Origin: Psammoneis japonica
Lineage: Eukaryota
Reading direction: 5' to 3'
Length of the DNA: 64,000 bases
NCBI GenBank assembly: GCA_008632985.1
Contig: QPGO01000035.1
Span: forward strand, 483,899-547,898
Below the pieces are notes generated by a model. It was not told the origin of the DNA. It did not search any database and saw only the letters and a list, made by a program, of their open reading frames with translations. Below are positions 1-10,999 of the stretch, in pieces. The position numbers and the translations under genes were made by a program. Each line of letters begins with the position of its first letter. Within the stretch, counting starts at the first letter, position 1.

Positions 1-765
1 TAGGGTACCGGTATAAAAAGTGAGCTCTGTGTTCTTTTCCGGTTCACATGGAGGAGCAGGTGCTAGCGTTTGCGTCTCTTCGATTGGTACGCCTCCACTG
101 GATCCTGCTCCGCCACTTGAACCGGACTCTTCGATTGGTACGCCTCCACTGGATCCTGCTCCGCCACTTGAGCCACTCTCTTCAATTGGTACGCCTCCAC
201 TGGATCCTGCTCCGCCGCTTGAACCAGACTCTTCGATTGGTACGCCCCCACTGGATCCTGCTCCGCCACTTGAACCACTCTCTTCGATTGGCACGCCTCC
301 ACTGGATCCTGCTCCGCCACTTGAACCAGTGGATCCAGTGGTTCCTGCACCACTTGAACCAGTTGCAGTGGATGCCGCACCGCTTGAACCAGGGCTAGTT
401 GCACCTTCTTGAACACTGCTTCCACTGGCTGCGCCACTTGTACCAGCTGTAGTACCACTTGAACCAGTTGTAACGGATGCTGAGCCACTTGAACCAGTGC
501 TAGTTGCAGCTTCTTGAACACTGCTTCCACTGGGTGCGCCACTTGAACTGCTAGTTGCAGCTTCTTGAACACCACTGGATCCCGATCCTGAACCACTACC
601 GTTTCCACCGGAATCCGCACCGCCCGATGTAACTGCTGAGCTTCTAGAAGTACAGTCTGTACCGGAAAGCTGGCGGCCGCGAAGACCATGTCTCCGAGCA
701 CATCCATCTTGACCGAGAGCAACTCCCAGCGACGCAAACAACAAACCAAGTTGAAAGAACTTCAT
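1..765 (-). CDS. Secreted Gly/Ser/Ala-rich repeat protein (cell wall/adhesive candidate); 3' end runs off the window
   Basis: ATG at 765 (minus strand), manually translated and open to base 1; not in the ORF track because it has no stop. Reads MKFFQLGLLFASLGVALG (signal peptide), then HGLRGRQL (RxL-type motif), a G/S/A/T-rich body and 5 x GSSGGAGSSGGVPIEES. Confidence 0.8.
   Translation of the reverse strand, partial: MKFFQLGLLFASLGVALGQDGCARRHGLRGRQLSGTDCTSRSSAVTSGGADSGGNGSGSGSGSSGVQEAATSSSSGAPSGSSVQEAATSTGSSGSASVTTGSSGTTAGTSGAASGSSVQEGATSPGSSGAASTATGSSGAGTTGSTGSSGGAGSSGGVPIEESGSSGGAGSSGGVPIEESGSSGGAGSSGGVPIEESGSSGGAGSSGGVPIEESGSSGGAGSSGGVPIEETQTLAPAPPCEPEKNTELTFYTGTL
77..330. repeat. 51-bp coding tandem repeat, about 5 copies
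   Basis: Unit cttcgattggtacgcctccactggatcctgctccgccacttgaaccNNNct recurs with period 51 (17 codons). Confidence 0.9.
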
Positions 766-1547
766 CGTGTGATCGATCTTGCCTTGTGCCGAATGTGTTT
801 TCTGTTTTATTATGAGAAGCCGGAGAAGAGGAGATGGAAGTAGTCGTATTGGTTTATGTTGTTGATTGCTTTCAGGAATCGGACGCGGGATGCTGACACG
901 AAGAACACAATCGAATCTTCTTTTTGAGTTCACAAGTTTCAAATTTGATACTGATCAAACGGATCCCAAGAACGGAATCTTACTTCACCATGTTTGTCAG
1001 GATTGCCGATTACTATTGTAGAAAGAGTTGAAATATGAGAACCTTGTGAGATTTCTTTTCAGGGTTCCTGTCGTGGCAAAATGTTCTGCTCTTGTTGCAT
1101 TTATACTATCTTTGGGCTACGAATGAGATATTAAAAGTTTATCACATATAATGCACCCAAATGCGTTTGGACATATTCAGATACATATACCTAGTAAATG
1201 AACGATTTTTGGTGGGAAACTCTTATGACATTCTTCATCTCTTTAGCATTATCAAACATAATCACCATCGTAGAGTTCTACACGATATGCGGGTTTTTGT
1301 AGGTAAGTTTAAAAGACCGATTATGCGTGGTGTACAGAATTTGACATTAGACTATTTGACAACCAAACCAAATTTTATATCGTAAACGACAATGACACAA
1401 GATAAAAATATACGAGCCGTTGCAAAAAACACGGGTTGCTCTTACGAGAACAGAACACGAGACAAAAAAAGACGCGTGCGAGACATCGAAATTCGAGGCT
1501 CTGCCGCAACTGCAACCTGTTGTCAAGATGGCACAATGATGCTTAGA

Positions 1548-2176
1548 TTGAATTTGATTGAGCTCTTGCCAAGTTTTTTAGCATGTCAATCCACTGCAAG
1601 CATCTTCTTCTTGATTGCTGCTTTGTGAGCAAATCCCCCTGATGGCAGCCAGTGCAAGAGCAACAAAGAGTGCCAACTCTCTCTTTTTGCATCTAGAGCA
1701 AGGCTCTTTAATCTCTTGTTGTGAACAACCTCAATTGCAGTGCAGATGCATTCCAGCTCTGGAGGTGTTCCCTTGGTTGTGACAGAGCACACAGCAGTGC
1801 ACACACAGAACGTGTCAAAAATCACCTCTGCCAGTCTCCAACAACACGCGAGCACTTTTTTTTGTGCTTGGGTTGAATTTGATGGAGCTCTTGCCAAGTT
1901 TTTTAGCATGTCAATCCACTGCAAGCATCTTCTTCTTGATTGCTGCTTTGTGAGCAAATCTCCCTGATGGCAGCCAGTGCAAGAGCAACAAAGAGTGCCA
2001 ACTCTCTCTTTTTGCGTCGAGAGCAAGGCTTTTGAATCTCTTGTTGTCAACAACCTTCATTGCAGTGCAGAAGCACTCCAGCTCTGGGGGTGTTCCCTTG
2101 GTTGCAACAGAGCACACAGCAGTGCACACACAGAACATGTCAAAAATCACCTCTGCCAGTCTCCAACAACACGCGA
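1548..2176. repeat. Direct tandem duplication, period about 325 bp
   Basis: ttgaatttgat..gagctcttgccaag...ccagtctccaacaacacgcga occurs at about 1548-1851 and about 1873-2176. ORFs 1586..2053 and 1911..2363 have near-identical C-termini. Confidence 0.9.
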
Positions 2177-2559
2177 TCTCACTTGCGACACCTCCCTTGG
2201 TTTGTCTCAGCAGCATGCAGGCACAAATTTGCAGAGCTGACTTTTTTCTGCTGGCTCCAGCATCATAGAGATGCAACAAGAAATCATTGTTGCTTGGTGA
2301 CAACAAGAGACTGTTTGAATGCATGGCCGTCATGCACCATGGCTCCATGAGCACATTTTTCAAAGTTGCTTTTCATCAAATGGGGGCAGCCTCCACCTCC
2401 ACCTTGGCAATGCTGATGTTGCCAATGGCAACCTTCTTAGAAAAAATTCAAAGGCAGAGTTTGCCCTGACTCCCTGTGTGCACTGGAGACAAGCATGCTT
2501 GTGAGTGCATTGTGAGCCCCCCCCCCCCCCTCAGTTTAAATTTGTCGTTTCAAGCTCAT

Positions 2560-5200
2560 GATTGATGCAGCACAATGGTGTCAGGCTTTGGTGAAATGTG
2601 CCCTTTCAGCTCTGAAAAATCTCAAAGGAGCACATTTTGGAGCTCATCTCTTTTCCTCTCTCTGCCCCCAAGCCAATGTCCTTGGCTTCCATCTCTTGCA
2701 TTGCCCACCAGAAGAACGTTTTCATTTAAGGACAAGTCCAGCTTGCTTGGTTTGTCCATGGCTTTGGAATTTTGCAGTGCCAGAGTCAAGAATTTAGTTG
2801 GTGTTAGAGCAGCAGAGCTAGATCATCTTTAAGCTGGAAACCAGGATCTGAGAAATGCAATGGCACATGTTTTTTTTGTGCAACTCAACACAACAATGAT
2901 GTGTGGTTGTTTTGACAACTTTTTCCAACTTTGCAACTGTGGAAGCAGCGCTGATTGACAACATGAAGTGGGGACAACATGCATCACAAAGAAAATGGTG
3001 AGCTGTGGGGCAGCACAATTCTCACCAAGTGGGCCTGTTGCACTCCCTCAATTCAAAGGATTGTGCAGCTCTTTGATGTGTGCACCACAGAAAGTTGATG
3101 CACAAGGTTGCCAAAACAGGTGTGCATGACACAGAAAAAACATGCCTGCTGGACCAGTTTGGATGTGTGAGATTGATTGAACAGCACCGCATTTCCAAGT
3201 TGAGTGCAGGGCTGAAATGGCCCACACAAGAGATGAGGGTGCAAGACCTTCTCTGGGTTTGCATCACAGAAGCAAAGGTCCTTGTTGCTGAGAATCTTTC
3301 AATGAGAAAATCTTGTGCACCTTGGCCTGGCACTCAAGACATGCAAGGTTCCACATGATCTGGTCATGCACACAGCACCAAGATTCAGTCTTGCATGTCT
3401 CTTCAAAGACATCTTGGCTTGGCATTGCCAAGTTGCTGCCTGCTCTTCACACTCCAAGCAAACGACCTTTCTTGCCATTCACCAGCAGAGCACTGGTCTG
3501 CACAGCACACACCATGTGTTTCCATTTTGCTTGTGACACTGAGCACAAACCCAGCATTTGCTGTTCCACAGAAAGGGTGCTGGAGTCCCTCTGCCATCAA
3601 TTTTTGATGGCACACCTCTTTGTGCACAGGCGGACATGTTCATGGTGTCTTGTGTGAGTGAACATTTGTGGCTCTGGCTGAGCACTCTGTCTCATGGGTG
3701 TGGACACTGTGGTGAGCTTTGAGCATCATGCCACATGGCCAAAGTGACAAGTGGCACAACAAGCAAAGATTGTGCCTCACACTGCAACATTTCCCCATCT
3801 CATTTGCACAAACATTGTGCACACACATGTGATGTTGCCACAAGCCTCATGAAAACAAAAAACTGCAAAATGTGACAGCTGTGCACACGTCAATGTGAGG
3901 GCAACCCCGCTGGCTCTGTGCCCACTTCTTGCTTTGTCTCCACACCAGAGTTGCAACTGTGGGAGGATGCAACTGTGGGAAGAACCAACAATTGGAAAAA
4001 GGTGGCCACATGACCAGCAAGCACTCCAAATTTTGTCCAGCTTGCTGCAGCCTTTTCTGCAGGTCACTTTCTGCCAAGAAGTTCAAGCAGGCTTTGCTCA
4101 ACGCACCCTTTTGACACACACGCAGTCATCTCCAAAGCAAGGCAGTTTCTGCCCCCAACTCTTCTTCTGGTTTGACATTTTGACTGCACTTTTGCATGGC
4201 GCAGCTCTGTGCCACATGCTTGGTCAGTTCCTCCACACTGCTGCTGTGTTTGTGCTGACACATGGCATGTGCCTTGGAGTTTGAAGGCTGTTGTGAGAAT
4301 CTGTCATCTTTGGAGTGCACCAGGGAGCCCACAATGTGCTGATCAAGCTTGGATCCAGCCTTGGCCTCAGTGCTCAAGTCCCACAAATGAGATGTTGACA
4401 GCCCTTGACAAGCTGGCCACGGCCACCATTCAGGCAGACAACTTTTCTTTGTTTCTTCCTGCTTCTTGTTTTGAAAGGATCTCTGCAATGCATGGCAGCC
4501 AAGTCAGGAGGTTTGTTGTCCTTCCATGTCAGGTCCATTTCCAGTCCCAGCACATTTGTGAGCAAATCTAAAAGCTGTGCTGTGTGTTCATCTGGGTTGT
4601 TGCATCTGACCCCACCATCCTGTCAGAGACTTTTTCCAGCTGCGGATGCTGGCAGAGCAGATGTGGCCAGCATTGCCAGGCTTTTTTCAGCAGCATGCAA
4701 GTTGGAGAGACAGGATCATCATGGTGCCAATGTGGTTGTCCAGTGTCATCAGGGTTGGCACAAAAATTTGAGGATGAAAGGTTGCTCTGGATGACTTGGC
4801 TGACATTGTCATCAATGTTTGAGCACAGAGCTCCTTGGTGCCATTGTTGACTGAGAGTTCATTCAACCACAGTTGCAGAGGTGAAAGGAGCAATGAAGGA
4901 TGAGTGTGGATTGCTCTCTGTTTTTGCTGTGATCAAGAAAGGCAACAGGCAACAGGGAGGTCAAAGAGAATGTTGCAGCATCCAGACAAGTGGGAAATGC
5001 AAGAGACCTGGAAGTGCATTTGTTGAAGAGAAGATGCCTTGGATCCTCACATGGTGGATTTGGTGACACCTGACAAGCAAGTGTGCACTCATCACTGATC
5101 TTGCCAACCTTCTTTTTAGCTCACTCTTTGGAGTGAATCATCTGGTTTAGACAAGTTGCATTGTGGCACCAGGAGGCACCTGTCATGTCATGAGATCAAA
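2560..5200. mobile_element. Heavily decayed, unclassified transposon-derived sequence
   Basis: TpA/CpG-depleted composition identical to neighbouring recognisable TE remnants; only short Cys/His-rich ORFs; no motif confidently recognised. Confidence 0.35.
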
Positions 5201-5399
5201 GTTTTTGAGAGCTCAAAGGCAAACCACAGCTGCCACAGAGACCAGGACAAAGTGCGGTGAGTCATGCAGGAAAACCCAGAGGATTCCCTTTTGGTGACAC
5301 TGACTTGCTGGTTCAACATTCACTCCAAAAAGTTGCCACAAGCATGTGGTGTTTGGTGCATGTGGTGCTGACCTCCATTTGATCATCCAAAACAGGAAG

Positions 5400-6650
5400 C
5401 CTGCATCATGAGCAGCAATGGAGGCAGATTGGGTGCTGAAGGCTGAGGTGGTCAACAAAGCAGGGGTGTCAGAGGCCAGAAGTGTCTCTTGCTTCAATGA
5501 GAACAAGAAGAAGGCTGACCCCAAGAAAAGCTTCAAGCCAGAAATGAAGTTTTGTCCATCATCAATGAGCAGCAACTCATGCAGCCATGTGTTCAAAGAT
5601 GTCAAGGGAAAGATCTTCAGCCACCACATGCAGAAAGAGTGCAGTCAAGGCATTTGCCTGGCAAGGTCCTCCCCAGAAGACAATGACTGCATGACTTTCA
5701 CTGATGAGAGACCAATGCTGGAGATGGCAACAACAGCAGTGCAAGTGCCAACTGATGCTGACTGCCAGCAGTCTGTCAATGAGAGAGCTCAAGAAGAAAG
5801 GCAACTCAAACATGGGCACATGATGAAGCCACACAACTGCAATGAGAAGATGAGGAAACTCAAAGAACACAACAGTGTGGCATTTGCAGTGATCCCAGAG
5901 GACTGCAGCACCAAGCCAATGAAGCAGATTCTGCATGCACAAATGTCAGGGACAACCTGATCAAGCTGTTGAAGCTGATCCAATCACTGATGCTTGACTC
6001 CATGAGAGATTGACATCCATTCCATGCACTTGACAAGTGCCTGTTGCACATGCTGGAAGTGAAAGAACAAGAGAACGAGTCACTGAATGACCACCCATCA
6101 CAATTTAAAAATCAGAGAGATGCTGCAAATGAAGGTCTCGGCAGTGGGATGCTGGATGGATTTGTCAAGAACACCAAGCAATTCAAGAATTGTGCTGATG
6201 CAGTGGAAGAGACCAGCACATTGTCAGAAGCTGCATTTGAGACATGGACTGCATTCTTGTTTGTGGAGAACAGTGATGACCACTGCTGCAAGAGCCCATG
6301 AAAGAGCCTTGTGTGAGTCTGGGCCAAGCCAACATTGGCATTGAGTCAGATGAGATCATCCTTGACAATGGTTCTGCCCTTGGCATGGCAGCAAGCTGGA
6401 GTCCAGTGCACAATGTGTGACCAGCAAGGGTCAAGATTGACCTGTCCATGAGTGCAGGAATGGAGACTTTTGGATGCAGACTGTGCTGTGCCAGGATGGG
6501 GTGACATGAAGCTTGGATCACAGAAGGTGACAGCGAATGTCCTGAGTTTGAAGGATGCAAAGAGCAAGCACTGTCTTGTTTGTGACAACAGGGTGGCAGC
6601 TGAGTTCCGTCTGCTGGACAAGAAGTCTGGCAAGCAGGGTGTTGTCTGAT
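5400..6650 (+). mobile_element. Decayed LTR-retrotransposon gag/pol fragment (Copia/CoDi-like)
   Basis: Fragments such as DNLIKLLKLIQSLM, VKEQENESLNDHPSQFKNQRD and KVTANVLSLKDAKSKHCLVCD resemble diatom Copia gag and pre-integrase regions as I recall them; interrupted by frameshifts and stops. Confidence 0.5.
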
Positions 6651-7029
6651 CACACACACCTCCAAATTTGTGCAAGACCATGCTGGACATTTGGGGAGTT
6701 GGTTGTGGCCTTACAAAAGCATCGGCACTTCCCATTTGGTGAAAATGCCAACCAAATGCTCCTGTTGCCATGTCCAGAGAAGGAAAGTCATTAAAAACTA
6801 TGACCATTTGGTCGTTTTTAGCACCAAACAGGGCGTGCTGATGCTCGTCACAGTGTCATCATCCTTGAAGAAATGGTGATGCAACACAAGCTGCTGTTGA
6901 GGGATGGAAAGTGGAAAGGTGTTCCTGGCTGGTCAGCCCTTCTTAATGGGCCAACAAAGAAAAAAAAGAGCCTTCAAAGTCATCTTGGCTGTGTGCCACC
7001 TGTCAAAATGGAGATGGCTTTTCTCTTGT

Positions 7030-7350
7030 TGTTGTCATCAACACTTGGTTGAGCTCAATTTTGAATGACAAGAAGTGTCGGGGCCACAAGAATGGTTGTT
7101 TGTCAGACCATTGGTGACCCAGTTGAGGTTGCTGTTCTGCATGCCTTTGGCTGCAATGGTGCACTTGATGAGCCCATGCTGCGTCACCACAACAGTGCCT
7201 GTGGCGTCATTGTGCTCACGCTTGATGCCAAGCTGCTGCAATCAAAGTCTGTCAGCCTTCAAGGCACCAGCCAATCCAGACACCATGCATCCACATGAAA
7301 CAATGCGTGAAGCGGAAAGCACCAAGTTTCTCAAGGCAAACCAATGAACC
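7030..7350 (-). mobile_element. Copia reverse transcriptase fragment
   Basis: LGIKREHNDATGTVVVTQHGLIKCTIAAKGMQNSN matches the Copia RT pattern LGIxIxxxxxG.I.LTQ.GLI..II...GL. Confidence 0.55.
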
Positions 7351-7479
7351 TCAACAATCATTTTTGGCATCACAGTCTCCCTTGCATTGACCTGGAGGAA
7401 AAAAGGCTGATGGTGATCCATTGTCACCCTTGTCATCCAGCTCAGGAAGACTGATGATTGAGCAGGAAAATGTTTCTCC

Positions 7480-8620
7480 ATCCTCCTCCATCATGCTGTC
7501 TGGGACAAGATGGGACTCAATCACATGGATGACCTCATTGCTGGCTGACACATTGCCATGAATCACTGCTGGGTCCACAGAGGAGGCAGTCAGCATGGAG
7601 CTGAGAACAACAGAGTTCTTGATGACTGACATTTGAAGAAAGTGCTGTGAGTGTGCCTGAGGAACCAATGCAGCAAGCATTTGTGTTTTTGTGTGCAACC
7701 ATTGGCAGCAATGCTGCAAATGACAACAACCACAATAAAATGCATTGTGGTTGTTGAGAAGCTTGACAAACATGTCCTTGTGAGCTGGTTTGGCCAGCAT
7801 TTGCCGCATGCCTTCCGGCAGTTGTTGAATGGCACTGTTGGCAGGAGCCAAAATGGTGTGGGGGGCATCACCCACATGTTCTTCCACTGTTCTGGCAATG
7901 ATCAAGAGCTCAGTGAACATGGAAATGTCCAGCATGAAGGCCTTGGTTGGCAACAGGACTTTGTCCAGAACATGAACAATGCCACTGGATGCCATCAGAT
8001 TGGCGCAGATCACATTGGCCTGGTGGTTGATTTGCGTGGCGGGTTCAAGGCTGGTGACTTGAAGGTTTTCACCATTGCGTGCATCCACTTGCATGTCAGA
8101 TGACAGAATTGAGGCATCCAAAATGATGTGATGCAAGAGAATGCTTGCCAAGTGGGCAATGTAAATGTCACAAAAGAACTTGGCTGGGACCGCTGTGAAG
8201 GCTTCATTGCTGGGGACAAACAACATGATGGAGCCTTTTCTGACAATGGCATCAACAAGATTGGCACTCTCCAGAGAGCCTCTGCAAAGGACATGAATTG
8301 ATGTTTTTTTCACCAGTGGTGAGCTTGACAAGGGAACTGTTGGTGGCATTGAGTCTGAAAAAGCTGCCAGGTGTCGAGGTTGAAATCTTGGCACCGCTCA
8401 AATCAGCAGTTGTGCTGGTGACAGAGGATGGGGCCAGGGTGGGTGGATTGGCGGCATTCACCAAAAGCTTGGTTGGAGACATTGTTGGGCTTCCTGCTGC
8501 GCAGGCAATCTCAGTCAGCAAGTTCACAGCATTCAACACCTCAGTCAGTGAAAAGTGGGAGTTCCAGCAGCATTGGAGGCATCGGTTGGTGACAACATCT
8601 GGTGGGGCAATGATCTGACA
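7480..8620 (-). pseudogene. Fasciclin (FAS1) repeat protein pseudogene, 3' part
   Basis: FAS1 H1/H2 motifs in ORF 7351..8394: MLFVPSNEAF, ILLHHI (canonical YH), ASSGIVHVLDKVLLP, HTILAPANSAI, ASNEVIHVIESHLVP; degenerate. Confidence 0.75.
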
Positions 8621-8999
8621 TTGTGCGCAAACGCGTGCATGACAATCTTGCTTGTTGTGACAATGTGTTTTTGAATTGATGTAAAAATTCTTGCTTTGCA
8701 TGCAAAAAATCTTGGTTTTGATGTGAATTTTTTTTGTCATGCATTGCAAGAAATTTCAAACATGACAACCACACGGATGACGCACCCAACATTTTCAAGT
8801 GTAACACTCGGCCGCTTTCTCACCATGTGACAAGTCACCTTGTGACCATTCCCCGATTTGCACTGCTTTCAAATTGCGCCTTAAATGCAATGAGCACACG
8901 CATGTCTTTTCCGACAATTTTCAGTGTGACACTGTGTCACTTTTCAACGTGCGACAACTGAACTCCAGTGCACGTCCAATTCACATTCCATTCAGTTTG

Positions 9000-10660
9000 T
9001 TGCTGCTGCAGTTGTTTGAATTTACGTGGTTAATTTCATTGCTGTTGCCATGTGCTGGCAACTGCACCCCACTGGCAAACATCTCTGTTCCGCCATCTGC
9101 ATGCTTGCGCTGCCCTCTGCTGTTTCTGAGGGTTGTCATTCACTCTCCCTCCCCGAGAACCCGTTTGTGTCAAAGCACTGTTGTCAGTTGCTGCTGCTCC
9201 CAGAGCATCTTCATCTGTGTCCTCCGGGTCGTCATTCCCTCCTGTTGCCTCCTGCTTGCTGTGCTCCAATCAGTTTCTGGAGCAGCCCACCCACTCATGC
9301 TGTCCTTCTTTTTCTTCTTCCTTTTCTTCCCTCTTGCGCTCTCTAATTTCCTTGGCTGAAGGCAATGCACATCAACTCTGCCACACGTCACTCTTTCCTT
9401 TGCCACCGCATTGTAGAGTTTGTTGTGTTCTTCCATCCCATCCTGGTTCCATCCTTGATTTTGCCTGGCCCCTTTACCCTGAAATGTGTGCTTTGGGAGC
9501 ATGGGCTGTGTTGGCTGTTGCACCTCTGCTTCATTCTTGAATCTCTGTTCTTTCTCCACGATGGACATTGCTGCTTTGCAGTGGTTGTTGCACGTTGGCC
9601 TTGCAAAAGCTTCTGTGCTTGTTGTTGGCTGATTGCTGACACCTTGGGCATCTGCTGTCTTAAAGTGTTCCATTGCTGCCACAACAGAGCAGCAATTTTT
9701 CAAGAATCAGAAGTGTGTTTGCGGTTTTGCCCTGCCCTTTTTGATGTCATCAATGCTTGGCATCCATCCATGCCATGTGTCGGCACACCTGGTTGCAACA
9801 AATTCTCTGCCATGCGGTCAATGTCCGACCTGTCACAGGCCAATCTTGTTGGGTTCTTCCACAGCCCCAGAGCAAACAACAACATTGCAGCGTTGTAAGT
9901 TTCCAGCCTCTTTGCCAGGAATTTCCAATGCAATTCATGGGTGTGTGCCACAACGCTCAGCCACCTTGTCTTGTCTGCAATGGCTTCCATTGGTCATGGA
10001 CAGAGATCATTGGTGTTGCAGTGGATGTGTGTTCCTGCATCAGTGGTGTCCATCTTTGATGCATTTCGAACGCGGTCACCATCACTTTGAGCCTTGCACA
10101 GTGTCTCTCTTTCCATGCGTTCTGATGTCATCAAAGTCATCCCAGTGCCTGCATTGCAGGTCCACCATGCGCTGTGTGAAATGCAGTGCATCTCTTGCTA
10201 GAACTGGGTTGGCAATGGCAGTTTTCCTCCGTCAGGTCCTCCTCTCCTGTCAGGGTCAATGGAAGGATGCATCGCTCTGTGCCAAAAACCTTGCAGCTCT
10301 TGTGCTCTTGCATGCACTTGCTTGGCGCACCACTCAAATGTCACGGTCTTGTTTCCATTCCACCAATCTGTGGGTTGATTGTCCACAATCAACTCTTCTC
10401 TCCCAACAAACAAATCCTTGTTTCTTCACAATCTTGAGCAATCAATTCCTGGGCCAGCTGTCTGCCGCCTTGTTGTGCTCGTTAAAGGTGATGTGCTCAT
10501 GGCAACTAAGTTCATCAAATGCGTGGGCCTCGGCCGCTGCCACTTTTCCATCAAAACCTCTGGCTTCATCACCATCCATGGTTGTCAACACAGCAGATCA
10601 GACTGCAGCGTCTGTGTCAATTGCTGCCTTTTGCATCTGCACCCATTTGGGAAAGTGAGT
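9000..10660 (-). mobile_element. Decayed transposon accessory ORF (type commonly associated with diatom Plavaka-like elements)
   Basis: TTSTEAFA...PKHT...NQGWNQDGMEEHNKLYNAVAKER resembles the T.S.EAF...PKYT...GWS.EG...YN.L...V..R signature as I recall it; adjacent to the Plavaka transposase remnant. Confidence 0.5.
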
Positions 10661-10999
10661 TGTTCAAGCCTCATGGGCAGTTGTCCGCACAGTCACCCCA
10701 TGTGAAATTTTATAAATGGGGCAACAGTCCAGGCATTCTTGGCACCAAAATTTGTGTCATCCCCACATGAAATGATTGTTGCATTTGCTTGTGTGTCCTT
10801 TGTTTTGTGAAATGAATGACATGCAAAACTGCACCTTCTTTTTTACATGTCACTGAAACAGAAGGGCAAATTTTAATGTTTGTCACACATGTCACCAAGA
10901 TTTGATTTCTGCAGATTAATCGTGCAATTCATTGCACTGTGACAAAAACAGAGTTGCTGTTTCTGTTCTGTTTCTACACATTTGTGACACATTTCTTCA

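Noticed and set aside
20..749. ORF-track frames 20..412 (+), 48..398 (+) and 63..749 (-)
   Set aside because: Shadow frames of the repeat; the frame from ATG 765 has a signal peptide and is open to the window edge.
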